A stretch of 24,000 nucleotides of DNA from Khoudiadiopia massiliensis. Its GTDB lineage: Bacteria > Bacillota > Clostridia > Tissierellales > Peptoniphilaceae. Location of the stretch: the NCBI GenBank assembly GCA_900290095.1, contig OKQS01000001.1:526431-550430 (forward strand), read 5' to 3'. The notes beneath the pieces are model-generated. The model had not been told where the DNA came from and made no database searches. It worked only from the letters and a program-made list of their open reading frames with translations. This document shows positions 1-8,228 of the stretch, piece by piece (positions within the stretch are counted from its first letter, which is position 1; every line of letters begins with the position of its first letter). A program made the position numbers and the translations under genes.

Positions 1-969
1 GTTGATGATCCTCCTGTAATGCATATCAATGTTTCCAAGGACTCCGATCCTGCCCTCAAAATCTCCCGCCACTTTATATGGAACTGAAATGATTGCCCTC
101 TCCTGCAACCAGTCTTGGGGGTTCTCCCTGCCTATCTTGATGCTGACCGGAAGGTTCGCATCCAGGCCCCCAATGTATTCGATAAAATCCGGATCGTTTT
201 GAAGCCTTCTTATGAAGTCAAGGCTTTCCTCACCATTGTAATTGGCCCCGGTGATAAGCTTGGTCAAGCCCGCAAAATCTACGGCCGCTTCCATATTTCT
301 CCTTATATGGTCTCTTAGCAAGGGAACCAGCTCACTCATAACATTGCCCGAAACGTAGGATCCGGAAAAGAAGCTTGAGTGAAGAAAGTCATCTATTGAT
401 TTCAAGTTCCTGTTTTCCAAAAGTTCCTGCAAAATTTCCCCGGCCCTGTCAAGCCTCTGCTTGGAATATTGGCCATGGAGGTGGACCAGGTCAGTCTGAA
501 TGAAGTTTGAATTAAAGACCATAAGCAGGACCAGGTCCCGGTCCGACATGGGTATTATCCTTATCTTATTCAGTAGGTCCTTTTCCCTTGAAGGCAACAA
601 TATAAATGAAGCCAACCCGGTAACGTCTGATAAGAGATTTAAGGCGTTGGATAGAACTTCCTTGGGGTCGTTGGTCTGACTGAAGAGGCTCTTTGTTGGA
701 AGTCTCAAAACCTGGTCATCCTTAAGTCCCCTGGTCATAAGCTCGTCCACATACCAGCGAAAAGCCTTCTCTGAAGGGATCCTGCCCGAAGATACGTGGG
801 TTTTTTCCAGGTAACCTTCGTGTTCAAGGTCGCTCATCTCGTTCCTTATGGTTGCTGCGGAAACGTCCATATCGTACTCTCTCTTGAGAATTCTGGATCC
901 TATGGCTTGGCCGTTTTCAATATATGAAGAGAGTATTGCGCTTAAAATAAAATATTTTCTCTCGTCCAT
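1..969 (-). CDS. hrcA: Heat-inducible transcription repressor HrcA (C-terminal end runs off the window start)
   Basis: ATG is on the complement at 967-969. The translation MDERKYFILSAILSSYIENGQAIGSRILKREYDMDVSAATIRNEMSDLEHEGYLEKTHVSSGRIPSEKAFRWYVDEL... is a typical HrcA N-terminal winged helix. The frame stays open to base 1 (...FEGRIGVLGNIDMHYRRIIN). It is missing from the ORF track only because there is no in-window stop. A CIRCE operator and promoter lie directly upstream, and it sits in the lepA-hemW-hrcA synteny. Confidence 0.9.
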   Translation of the reverse strand, partial: MDERKYFILSAILSSYIENGQAIGSRILKREYDMDVSAATIRNEMSDLEHEGYLEKTHVSSGRIPSEKAFRWYVDELMTRGLKDDQVLRLPTKSLFSQTNDPKEVLSNALNLLSDVTGLASFILLPSREKDLLNKIRIIPMSDRDLVLLMVFNSNFIQTDLVHLHGQYSKQRLDRAGEILQELLENRNLKSIDDFLHSSFFSGSYVSGNVMSELVPLLRDHIRRNMEAAVDFAGLTKLITGANYNGEESLDFIRRLQNDPDFIEYIGGLDANLPVSIKIGRENPQDWLQERAIISVPYKVAGDFEGRIGVLGNIDMHYRRIIN

Positions 970-1015
970 ATTATCCTCCTCAATCACCAATCTTTACCGG
1001 CCCGTTTATTCTTTA

Positions 1016-1042
1016 TTATCACTCTACCTTTTCGAGTGCTAA
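1016..1042 (-). promoter_or_regulatory. CIRCE operator (HrcA binding site)
   Basis: Plus strand reads TTATCACTC (1016-1024), then N9, then GAGTGCTAA (1034-1042). This is one mismatch from the consensus TTAGCACTC-N9-GAGTGCTAA. It lies between the -10 box and the hrcA start codon. Confidence 0.85.
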
Positions 1043-1046
1043 TATT

Positions 1047-1075
1047 ATTTTAAAGGGCTTTATCCTCTTTGTCAA
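1047..1075 (-). promoter_or_regulatory. Sigma-A type promoter of hrcA
   Basis: Minus strand reads TTGACA (1075-1070), a 17 nt spacer, then TAAAAT (1052-1047). CIRCE follows immediately. Confidence 0.7.
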
Positions 1076-1150
1076 GTATTATTACAAGCCTTCGGCAAGA
1101 AAAAAAAGTGCCTTGCAAAAACCATGACAGCCTTTGAAAAAAGGGCAAGA

Positions 1151-1177
1151 TAAAAGGGCCGGAAGCCGGAAAACCCC
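1151..1177 (-). terminator. Putative intrinsic terminator downstream of the beta-glucuronidase gene
   Basis: Minus-strand RNA reads GGGG-UUUU-CCGG-CUU-CCGG-CCC followed by UUUUAU, about 50 nt after the uidA stop. The stem is GC-rich but bulged, so the call is tentative. Confidence 0.3.
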
Positions 1178-1227
1178 GCTTTCGACCCTTTCGGCGAAAA
1201 AAAGGCTGTCGCCGGTCAAAATCAAAA

Positions 1228-3030
1228 CTATTCCTTATATCCGAACTCAGGTATGCCCTTCCAACGCTCAGTCAAATACCTGACTACCATCTTGGGCTGG
1301 CGTTCGCGAGTAAAGACTCCCTTGCGGTTGCCCATAACCCTCATAATCCCGAATTTTGTTTGGAAGTCTGCAAAGTTCCACAACTGCTCACCTTTAACAT
1401 TGGCAAACTCATCGAAAGTTTCGCTGTACATCTTATAAAACTCAAGCTGGTATTCCTCACTGAAGGGCTCGTTATAGGCGGAATGCATGCCGTCAACCGT
1501 ATCAGCCCCATATTCGGTAAAGACTATAGGCTTGTCCGGGAACTTGTCCTGGAATGCTTTAAGCTCTTTTCTCATGCCCTCGCGGCCCGCTTCCAGGTCT
1601 CCTGTATTGATGTACCATGAATAATAGCGGTTGGGGCAGATGACATCATAGAGATCTAGGGTCTGGTCGGTCTCGGGAGTTGAGAACATTATTGAAACGC
1701 AGGTCCTGGGTCTCTTCTGTTCATCAAGTTCGTGGGCCAGTTTAAAGAGAGGCTCAAAGTATTCATGGGCCCCGTCGGAGAAGTTTGCCGCCTCATTGGC
1801 AATGGACCACATGACAACACAGGCGTGATTTTTATCCCTGCTTATAAGCTCTTTCAAAGCCTGTTCATGCATTTCTTTTGTCTTGAGCTTGGTCCAGGTT
1901 TGATCTTTCTTCCCGCCTTCAGCAATGTTAAATCCGAAGCTAACCATAAGTCCTACAGCCGGGACTTCATCAATTACCACTATACCTTCCCTGTCGCACA
2001 GCCTCATCATCTCCTCAGCATAGGGATAGTGGCTGGTCCTGAATGAATTGGCCCCCATGGCTTTCATGAGCTCAATATCAAGGATATTATAGGCCTGGTT
2101 AAGACCGCGTCCGTTGACGTAGCTGTCCTCATGTTTTCCGAAGCCTTTAAAGTAGAAGGACTTGTCATTAATATAGAAGCTTCCGTTTTTGACTTCGATT
2201 TTCCTGCAGCCGAAGGGTTCCTCGTAAACATCAATCAGGTCTCCACCCTTAAGAGCCTCAACCCTCAATGTGTAAAGATATGCATTCAGTGGCTGCCAGA
2301 GCTTGAGATCCTCAATTTTAATTCTTGTGTCATTCCCTTGGCCCTGTGCAACCGGCTGTCCCTCTTCATCAAAAACAGTAAGCTTGATTTCATCAAAGTC
2401 TCCGAAGCTGTTCACTCTAACATGAACATCAGCTTTTTTTCCCGCAACATCAACGTCCGGGCAGATGCTTATATCTTCAATGTAGTCTTTAGGTGTTGAG
2501 TAGAGGACCACAGGCCTGTGAATTCCCGCATAGTTGAAGAAATCAAAATTCTCATCCACCTTATGAATGATTCTCCCATTTTCATCCTGAGTCTTTGAAT
2601 AATTTCCCACGGGCAGGCTTGTATAGTCCAGTAAATTGGAAAGTCTTACGGTCAGCCTGTTCTTTCCGACCTGTGCCAAGTCATTGATCTTCGCTTCAAA
2701 TGGTGTGAAGCCCCCCTTATGGTGGGTCAGCTCCTGTCCGTTTATGTAAACCCAGGCCTCATGGGTTACCGATCCGAACCTGAGAACCTGTCTTTTTTCC
2801 AGGTCCTCTTTTCTCAAAACAAATTCCCTCTCATAGATAAAATAGCCGGCATGCATGCGGACCTCGGTATCCACAGTCTGGTCATTGAAAGAAGCCGGTA
2901 CTGCCATGAGCTTATAGTCCTTAATTTTCTCTTTAACATCACAGCTTCCGTCCTCAGGATCCACACGGAACTTCCATATACCGTCTAATGACAACTTACC
3001 CCTTGTTTCAGTTGAAATTGGAAATAACAT
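1228..3030 (-). CDS. uidA: Beta-glucuronidase, glycoside hydrolase family 2
   Basis: 600 aa, colinear with E. coli GusA/UidA as I recall it. Shared motifs are NFDFFNYAGIHR, RTSHYPYAEEM, the acid/base Glu in WSIANE (E413), the nucleophile Glu in FTEYG (E506), NRYYSWY, and the glucuronide-specific N-x-K in MGNRKG (N568/K570). A G-rich RBS (AGGGGGA) lies just upstream of the ATG at 3030. Confidence 0.95.
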   Translation of the reverse strand: MLFPISTETRGKLSLDGIWKFRVDPEDGSCDVKEKIKDYKLMAVPASFNDQTVDTEVRMHAGYFIYEREFVLRKEDLEKRQVLRFGSVTHEAWVYINGQELTHHKGGFTPFEAKINDLAQVGKNRLTVRLSNLLDYTSLPVGNYSKTQDENGRIIHKVDENFDFFNYAGIHRPVVLYSTPKDYIEDISICPDVDVAGKKADVHVRVNSFGDFDEIKLTVFDEEGQPVAQGQGNDTRIKIEDLKLWQPLNAYLYTLRVEALKGGDLIDVYEEPFGCRKIEVKNGSFYINDKSFYFKGFGKHEDSYVNGRGLNQAYNILDIELMKAMGANSFRTSHYPYAEEMMRLCDREGIVVIDEVPAVGLMVSFGFNIAEGGKKDQTWTKLKTKEMHEQALKELISRDKNHACVVMWSIANEAANFSDGAHEYFEPLFKLAHELDEQKRPRTCVSIMFSTPETDQTLDLYDVICPNRYYSWYINTGDLEAGREGMRKELKAFQDKFPDKPIVFTEYGADTVDGMHSAYNEPFSEEYQLEFYKMYSETFDEFANVKGEQLWNFADFQTKFGIMRVMGNRKGVFTRERQPKMVVRYLTERWKGIPEFGYKE

Positions 3031-3105
3031 AGGTCCCCCTTTCGATAATTTGCAATCTCTCTAAGCCCATAAAAATAATTTTATATGGCATTCAATGATA
3101 CAATA

Positions 3106-3128
3106 ATTATATCAAGCAAACGTTTCTA
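3106..3128 (-). promoter_or_regulatory. Candidate uidA promoter (extended -10) next to a palindromic LacI-type operator-like site
   Basis: Minus strand reads TGATATAAT (3114-3106), a perfect TGnTATAAT. Immediately upstream is AGCAAACGTTTCTA (3115-3128), whose 8-bp core AAACGTTT (3118-3125) is a perfect palindrome with a central CG. No good -35 hexamer is present. Confidence 0.35.
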
Positions 3129-3267
3129 CAACACGCCTATTTGTAAAATTCAGCGTACTTTTAGAATCAGCTTGTTATGTCCCTTTCGTTCTTTAATATT
3201 ATTAAATACTAATCAAAGGACAGGCAGGGCGAAAAACTATAAAACCATTATAGAAAAGGAGACCGGC

Positions 3268-5361
3268 ATGGAAAAAATGAATCTTGAAGTCCGTAAGAAA
3301 AAGCTCATTGAAGTTGATGGTCTTAAATTCAAGGATCTCAACGGAAACGGAAAGCTGGACCCCTATGAGGACTGGAGACTTCCCTATGAAGAGAGGATTA
3401 AAGACCTGGTCGGACAGATGAACCTGGACGAAAAGGTTGGCATGATGATGATCTGCACCCAGGAAATGGGTCAGTCCACAAGTCCTGAAAACAGGAGCCA
3501 AGACGGTATCCTCAACAATGAATACAGAGCTGAAAAATCTTCCATATTTGCAAATCAAAAAGAATATGGCAACACCCGTACAGTTGAAGAATTAAAAATG
3601 AGGCACTTCATTTTAAGAGAAAACTATTCTGAAAAAGAGATAGCCCTGTGGATAAACGCCATGAACGAGTTGGCGGAGGAATCAAGACTGGGCATCCCGG
3701 TCATAATAGCCTCAAACTCCAGGAACGAAAATGCTGAAAGAACCTTCGGCATGAATGACGCTGTCGGCGTTTTCTCAACCTGGCCCTCAACCCTTGGCCT
3801 TGCAGCAGCAGCCATGGGAGACTTGGCAGCCGGCAAAGACGCCTCCATCTTCAGCGAGTTCGCCGAGACGGCAAATGAAGAGTGGAAGGCAACCGGCATA
3901 AGAAAAGGCTATATGTACATGGTCGATACGGCCACAGACCCCAGGTGGATGAGGATCTACGGGACCTTCGGTGAAAGGACCGACCTCATCTGCGAAGCTG
4001 CAAAGAGGCTCCTGCTTGGCTTCCAAGGCGAAAAACTCAGCAAGGAATCAACCTCACTTACCATGAAACACTTCCCATCAGGCGGTCCCCGTGAGAACGG
4101 CTTTGACCCCCACTATGCCGAGGGAAAACTGAATGTCTATGCAACGGAAGGCAGTCTTGAAAAATACCACCTGCCACCCTTCCAAGTATGCGTCGACTAC
4201 GGATCGACATCAATAATGCCCTACTACTCAATTCCTTCAAGCGAAAAGAGCGCTCCTCAGACATATAAGGGCCAAACCCTTGACTTTGAGGATGTGGGCT
4301 TCGCCTTCAATAAGGCCTTCTTAAAAGATATGCTTAGAGACGATATGGGCTTTAAGGGCTATGTCAACTCAGACTCGGGAATCTTGGACAAGATGTGCTG
4401 GGGCATGGAAAAAGCCTCACAGGTTGACCGCGCCGCCAAGGCCATCAATGCCGGAACCGACATAATAGCAGACACCAACGAGGTCTTCCTCATAAAGCAA
4501 GCTGTGGAAGAGGGCAAGGTCTCCATGGACAGAATTGATGAGGCCGTAAGCAGGCTCCTACATGAGATGTTCACCCTGGGGCTTTTTGATGATAAAACCT
4601 ATGTGGATCCCGACAAGGCCGTCGAGGTCGTTGAAAATCCTGAATCCCATAAGAAGGCTTACAAGGCCCACCTCAAATCCGTAGTTCCCCTGAAAAACAA
4701 GGACTGCTTCCCCTGGAAGAAGGACAGCAAGGTCTATGTTGAAACCTTCCACAAGGAAGCTGAGAAAGCCCTTCCCTATTTGGATGAGGCGGTTAAAATC
4801 CTGAAAACCCGTGAAGACCTGGTCTATGTGGATAAACCTGAGGATGCCGACATTGTCTGGGCCCTCCTCTATCCCAAAACGGGCAACTACTTTACCGCAA
4901 CTCCGGGCCTTCTTGAATTGACCCTGTGTGAGAACAAAACCAACATGGCTTTGGACGGTGAAAAATACAAGGAGACAACCCTTGAAAAGGTGGCAAGACT
5001 CAAAGAGCTTTCTGAAATAGCCCATGCCCACGGCGGCAAGTTTGTCGTTTCTATAAATACAATAATGCCCTGGATCCTCGACAATGTTGAGCCCCTCACG
5101 GACGGCCTGATCGCCCACTTTGAGACCCTCATTGAGGCCCAGCTCGATGTTTATACAGGCAAGGCCAAGCCAGGCGGAAAGCTCCCCTTGACCCTACCGT
5201 CATCAGAAAAAGTTATAGCTGTGGATAAGGACTACAAGTGTGTATCTCCCAACGATGTTCCCGGCTATGACAAGCAGAAGTACATGCCTAAGGGCCTCCA
5301 CTATGCTTATGTGGACGAGGCCGGCAACGAGTATATCTCGGGATTCGGATTGACTTTCTAA
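3268..5361 (+). CDS. Glycoside hydrolase family 3 protein (beta-glucosidase/BglX-like), cytoplasmic
   Basis: I moved the start from the track's 3085 to the ATG at 3268, which has AAGGAG at 3256-3261. This gives 697 aa starting MEKMNLEVRKKKLIEVDGLKFKDLNGNGKLDPYEDWR. GH3-like motifs are present: MNLDEKVGMM, IPVIIASNS, the KHFPSGGP region, and GFKGYVNSDSG containing the putative Asp nucleophile. No signal peptide. Confidence 0.8.
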   Translation: MEKMNLEVRKKKLIEVDGLKFKDLNGNGKLDPYEDWRLPYEERIKDLVGQMNLDEKVGMMMICTQEMGQSTSPENRSQDGILNNEYRAEKSSIFANQKEYGNTRTVEELKMRHFILRENYSEKEIALWINAMNELAEESRLGIPVIIASNSRNENAERTFGMNDAVGVFSTWPSTLGLAAAAMGDLAAGKDASIFSEFAETANEEWKATGIRKGYMYMVDTATDPRWMRIYGTFGERTDLICEAAKRLLLGFQGEKLSKESTSLTMKHFPSGGPRENGFDPHYAEGKLNVYATEGSLEKYHLPPFQVCVDYGSTSIMPYYSIPSSEKSAPQTYKGQTLDFEDVGFAFNKAFLKDMLRDDMGFKGYVNSDSGILDKMCWGMEKASQVDRAAKAINAGTDIIADTNEVFLIKQAVEEGKVSMDRIDEAVSRLLHEMFTLGLFDDKTYVDPDKAVEVVENPESHKKAYKAHLKSVVPLKNKDCFPWKKDSKVYVETFHKEAEKALPYLDEAVKILKTREDLVYVDKPEDADIVWALLYPKTGNYFTATPGLLELTLCENKTNMALDGEKYKETTLEKVARLKELSEIAHAHGGKFVVSINTIMPWILDNVEPLTDGLIAHFETLIEAQLDVYTGKAKPGGKLPLTLPSSEKVIAVDKDYKCVSPNDVPGYDKQKYMPKGLHYAYVDEAGNEYISGFGLTF

Positions 5362-5407
5362 ATTCTCGCAAACATAAACAGCTTATAAAGCTTAAATATT
5401 GCAAACT

Positions 5408-5439
5408 AAAAGGGATCGGCCGCTTGGTCGATCCCTTTA
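5408..5439. terminator. Bidirectional intrinsic terminator between convergent genes
   Basis: AAAGGGATCG (5409-5418) pairs with CGATCCCTTT (5429-5438), and the stem extends further to a GCTT loop. It is flanked by an A-run and a T/A-run, so it can serve both the GH3 gene (+) and the symporter gene (-). Confidence 0.7.
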
Positions 5440-5511
5440 AAAATGAGTTATTCCCAAAACTCTATTATCAAAATAAAATATTTCTTAATTATATAACTTA
5501 AGTTTTATAAA

Positions 5512-6924
5512 CTAAGCTTGCTGCTTTTCACGCCTGTCCGCAAGCTCTTTTGCGTTGGCCTGGACCCTGGACTTGCTCAGAGGATATATAAATATCATTG
5601 AGAGAGCTGACAAGGCCATGGCTATGGCCGGAACTAGGGTGGAAATATTGTACATGCCCTGGATAACCTGCGGTGTCTGAGTTATTACGGTCTGGTCGTA
5701 TCCAACACCTGCTAAGGCCCAACCGGCTGCAGCACCTGCGAAGGCCTGGCCGACTTTACGGGCAAATGAGTATAGACCGTAGATCGTGCCGTCATCCCTG
5801 TTGTGGGTCTGAACTTCGACATCATCAATAACGTCAATGATATTGGCCCATATAATCGTATTGAAATAGTTCATTCCTACATAAGCAAGAAGGAGGCAAA
5901 CTATGAAGATCATTGGGTTACGGGTGTTCAAAACAAACAGCAGGAAGGTCATGCCGGTGCCCAAAATACTAGCAGCTGCACTTATTTCCTTTTTTCCGAA
6001 TTTTCTGGCAACATAGGGTGCCGATGTTTGGACAATGACCAGGGCTATGATCGGATTTACAAAGTTCACTATCGACAAGCCCTTGGCACTATTGAATATG
6101 TCCTTGAATACGTAGTTGTTCATGGCTCCTACCATGAGCTGGGCCATGATCAGGAAGAGTGATCCGAGGATTATACCTATGAGACCGCGATTAACCAAAA
6201 CTCTCTTGTAGTCCTTTAATGTTTCTGAAAAGCCCTTGGATCCCTGAGAAGGAATTTTTACCCTCTCAATCGTTCCTTTATAGCAGAAATAGTAGAAAAC
6301 GACCGCCATAATTGAGAATACGGCTGCAAGAATCGGAAAAGTCATATCGGTCTTAACTACCTGCTGGCCGTCAACTGTTGTGAAGATTACCATTGGAACC
6401 AGGCCGCCGATTACCAGCTGGGCCAATGTTGCACCACGGCTTCTCCAAGTTGAAAGTTCCGTACGTTCATCCGGATCGGCAGTGATTGCTGATGCCATTG
6501 AACCATATGGAATATTAATCGCCGTATACATGAATGAGCCCCAAAGCAGGTAGGTTACATACATGTAGATCATTTTTACCGACATTGAAGCGGCCTGCAT
6601 TGATGACTGATAAAGCAGGAAGGAAGCCAGGGACACCGGAATCGCAATTCTCCTTATCCAGGGTCTGAACTTGCCTTCTTTTCCGACGGTTGCCATATCG
6701 ACGATTCTGCCCATACCGGTATCGGTGAAAGCATCCACAATACGTGCTACCAGGAAGAGGGTTCCTACAGCAGCCGAAGGTATTTTCAATACCTGAGTGT
6801 AAAACACCATCAAATACATGCTCTGAAGCATAAAGGTCATATCGTTCGCCAGGTCTCCGAACATGTAGGAGACCTTGTCCTTGATTCCGAATGGACGATA
6901 ATCCTCATATTGCATATGTTCCAT
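5512..6924 (-). CDS. GPH-family (glycoside-pentoside-hexuronide):cation symporter, likely glucuronide transporter
   Basis: I moved the start to the ATG at 6924 (MEHMQYEDYRPFGIKDKVSYMFGDLANDM...), with AGGAGG at 6934-6929. 470 aa and polytopic. GPH hallmarks are VARIVDAFTD, GKFRPW and NIPYGSMASAIT. It resembles E. coli UidB/GusB as I recall it, and it is adjacent to uidA. Confidence 0.85.
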   Translation of the reverse strand: MEHMQYEDYRPFGIKDKVSYMFGDLANDMTFMLQSMYLMVFYTQVLKIPSAAVGTLFLVARIVDAFTDTGMGRIVDMATVGKEGKFRPWIRRIAIPVSLASFLLYQSSMQAASMSVKMIYMYVTYLLWGSFMYTAINIPYGSMASAITADPDERTELSTWRSRGATLAQLVIGGLVPMVIFTTVDGQQVVKTDMTFPILAAVFSIMAVVFYYFCYKGTIERVKIPSQGSKGFSETLKDYKRVLVNRGLIGIILGSLFLIMAQLMVGAMNNYVFKDIFNSAKGLSIVNFVNPIIALVIVQTSAPYVARKFGKKEISAAASILGTGMTFLLFVLNTRNPMIFIVCLLLAYVGMNYFNTIIWANIIDVIDDVEVQTHNRDDGTIYGLYSFARKVGQAFAGAAAGWALAGVGYDQTVITQTPQVIQGMYNISTLVPAIAMALSALSMIFIYPLSKSRVQANAKELADRREKQQA

Positions 6925-7003
6925 CTTACCTCCTTTGACCAATAAAAGCGGATAATAAATTTTAGGTTCCCACCTTGTAGGTGAAAACCCTTTCCTCAGG
7001 TTA

Positions 7004-7032
7004 ATATTAGCATATAGGGAATGAATTGTCAT
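7004..7032 (-). promoter_or_regulatory. Candidate promoter of the symporter gene
   Basis: Minus strand reads ATGACA (7032-7027), a 17 nt spacer, then TAATAT (7009-7004), with a TG at 7012-7011 (extended -10). It starts only 9 nt after the hemW stop. Confidence 0.45.
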
Positions 7033-7040
7033 ATAACTTA

Positions 7041-8228
7041 TCAAATAAATATGTCGAAATACTCCATTAGGCCGCTAAGAAAGGAATTCTGCAAGTCAAG
7101 GCCTTTTTTTGTCAATCTGACCCTATCGTCATCCCACTCAACAAGGCCTCTTTCTTTTTCCACATTAAAGTAAGCCCCTGCCCTCTCAAGGGGGTCCTCT
7201 CCCATAAGATCCTTGAATCTTCTCCTGTCAATTCCGGAAATTTTTCTGAATCCCATCATGAGGCCCTCAAATATATCATCATCCCTGTTTCTCTTTTCAA
7301 TGCTAAACGGCAGGCCATCCTGCGCAATTGACTCTATGTATTTTTGAATATTTCTCGTATTTGAAAAGCGTTCATGGTTCATATAAGATGCAGCTCCCAG
7401 GCCCAATCCCAGATACTCATCCAAAGACCAATATTTGAGGTTATGCCTTGACTCCTTTCCCCTCTTGGAAAAATTTGAAATCTCATATCGCTTGTAGCCC
7501 AGATCCTCAAGACCTTTATAAGCCCCGGTCATCAGCTCAACCTCTCTTGATTCCGGATTTGGGGCCACCTTGCCCTTTTCTATCCAAAACTTGAGCAAAG
7601 TCCTATCCTCTATGATCAGGCTGTAATATGAAACATGGTCGGGATCCATTTTGCCAATGGCTCTGAGGTCCATATCCAGATCCTCATGAGTTTGACCCGG
7701 TATTGAAAAAATAAAATCAAGATTTAAATCGAAATAATTGCGACTTCTAACCAATTCGACGTCTTTATACACCCCGTCCGGTGTCTGATCCCTCTTACAG
7801 AAGTCAATGAGTTTTTCTGACATGGTCTGGACACCCAGGGAAATTCGATTGACCCCGGCTTCCTGAAAAATATCCAACTTGCTTTCACTCAGGGTCCCGG
7901 GATTGGCTTCAATGGTCCACTCGGCATCCTCGGAAATTGTAAAGCCGGCTCTTATGGCTTTAAAAAGCCTTTTTAGGTCGGCATCTGAAATTATTGTGGG
8001 CGTACCCCCGCCAATGTAGAGGCTGTCAATCAGATAATTTCGGTCTTTGAGTTTTTGACTCCAAAGCCTTATCTCCCCTATTAGGGAATCAATGTATGGT
8101 GAGTGGTAGGCTTCCACGTGGGGAAAAGTTAAAAAATCGCAATAGGAACACCTCTCCTTGCAGAAAGGTATATGGAAGTAGAGTCCCAGTTTCCTATTTG
8201 CGATTTCTCTCTTATTCATCTTCATCAT
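7041..8228 (-). CDS. hemW: Radical SAM heme chaperone HemW (HemN-like, formerly annotated coproporphyrinogen III oxidase)
   Basis: 395 aa. The radical-SAM CxxxCxxC motif is in [14 protein letters not shown] (C23/C27/C30), with GGGTPT and the HemN C-terminal region also present. Its start overlaps the lepA stop (8212-8228). ATGs at 8228, 8225 and 8219 are all possible starts. It occupies the canonical position between lepA and hrcA. Confidence 0.9.
   Translation of the reverse strand: MMKMNKREIANRKLGLYFHIPFCKERCSYCDFLTFPHVEAYHSPYIDSLIGEIRLWSQKLKDRNYLIDSLYIGGGTPTIISDADLKRLFKAIRAGFTISEDAEWTIEANPGTLSESKLDIFQEAGVNRISLGVQTMSEKLIDFCKRDQTPDGVYKDVELVRSRNYFDLNLDFIFSIPGQTHEDLDMDLRAIGKMDPDHVSYYSLIIEDRTLLKFWIEKGKVAPNPESREVELMTGAYKGLEDLGYKRYEISNFSKRGKESRHNLKYWSLDEYLGLGLGAASYMNHERFSNTRNIQKYIESIAQDGLPFSIEKRNRDDDIFEGLMMGFRKISGIDRRRFKDLMGEDPLERAGAYFNVEKERGLVEWDDDRVRLTKKGLDLQNSFLSGLMEYFDIFI

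Noticed and set aside
1253-2988. Plus-strand ORFs of 61-122 aa from the track (1253-1438, 1360-1620, 1732-2046, 2131-2499, 2719-2988)
   Set aside because: All lie antisense inside the well-supported uidA gene. They have no RBS and give low-complexity, non-protein-like translations. They are shadow ORFs.
3085-3267. N-terminal 61-aa extension of the GH3 ORF in the track
   Set aside because: The extension (MAFNDTIIISSKRFYNT...) covers the AT-rich divergent promoter region and has no RBS. A strong AAGGAG precedes the internal ATG at 3268, which yields a typical GH3 N-terminus.
3202-5132. Minus-strand ORFs inside the GH3 gene (3202-3558, 3624-3899, 3787-4026, 4058-4264, 4359-4574, 4558-5118, 4887-5132)
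   Set aside because: They are antisense to a full-length, motif-bearing GH3 CDS. They have no RBSs and no recognisable domains.
5495-5504. Perfect 10-bp palindrome AACTTAAGTT just downstream of the symporter stop
   Set aside because: It is an AT-rich short palindrome in an AT-rich spacer and is expected by chance. It has no partner site and no functional context.
6982-6995. cre-like sequence TGAAAACCCTTTCC in the symporter 5' leader
   Set aside because: It lacks the central CG and the terminal A of the cre consensus, with two mismatches at critical positions. The adjacent 5-bp hairpin CACCT-TGT-AGGTG is also too weak to call.
6925-7044. 40-aa N-terminal extension of the symporter ORF, overlapping the hemW stop
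   Set aside because: The extension would start inside hemW and read through the predicted promoter. AGGAGG followed by an ATG at 6924 gives the canonical GPH N-terminus.
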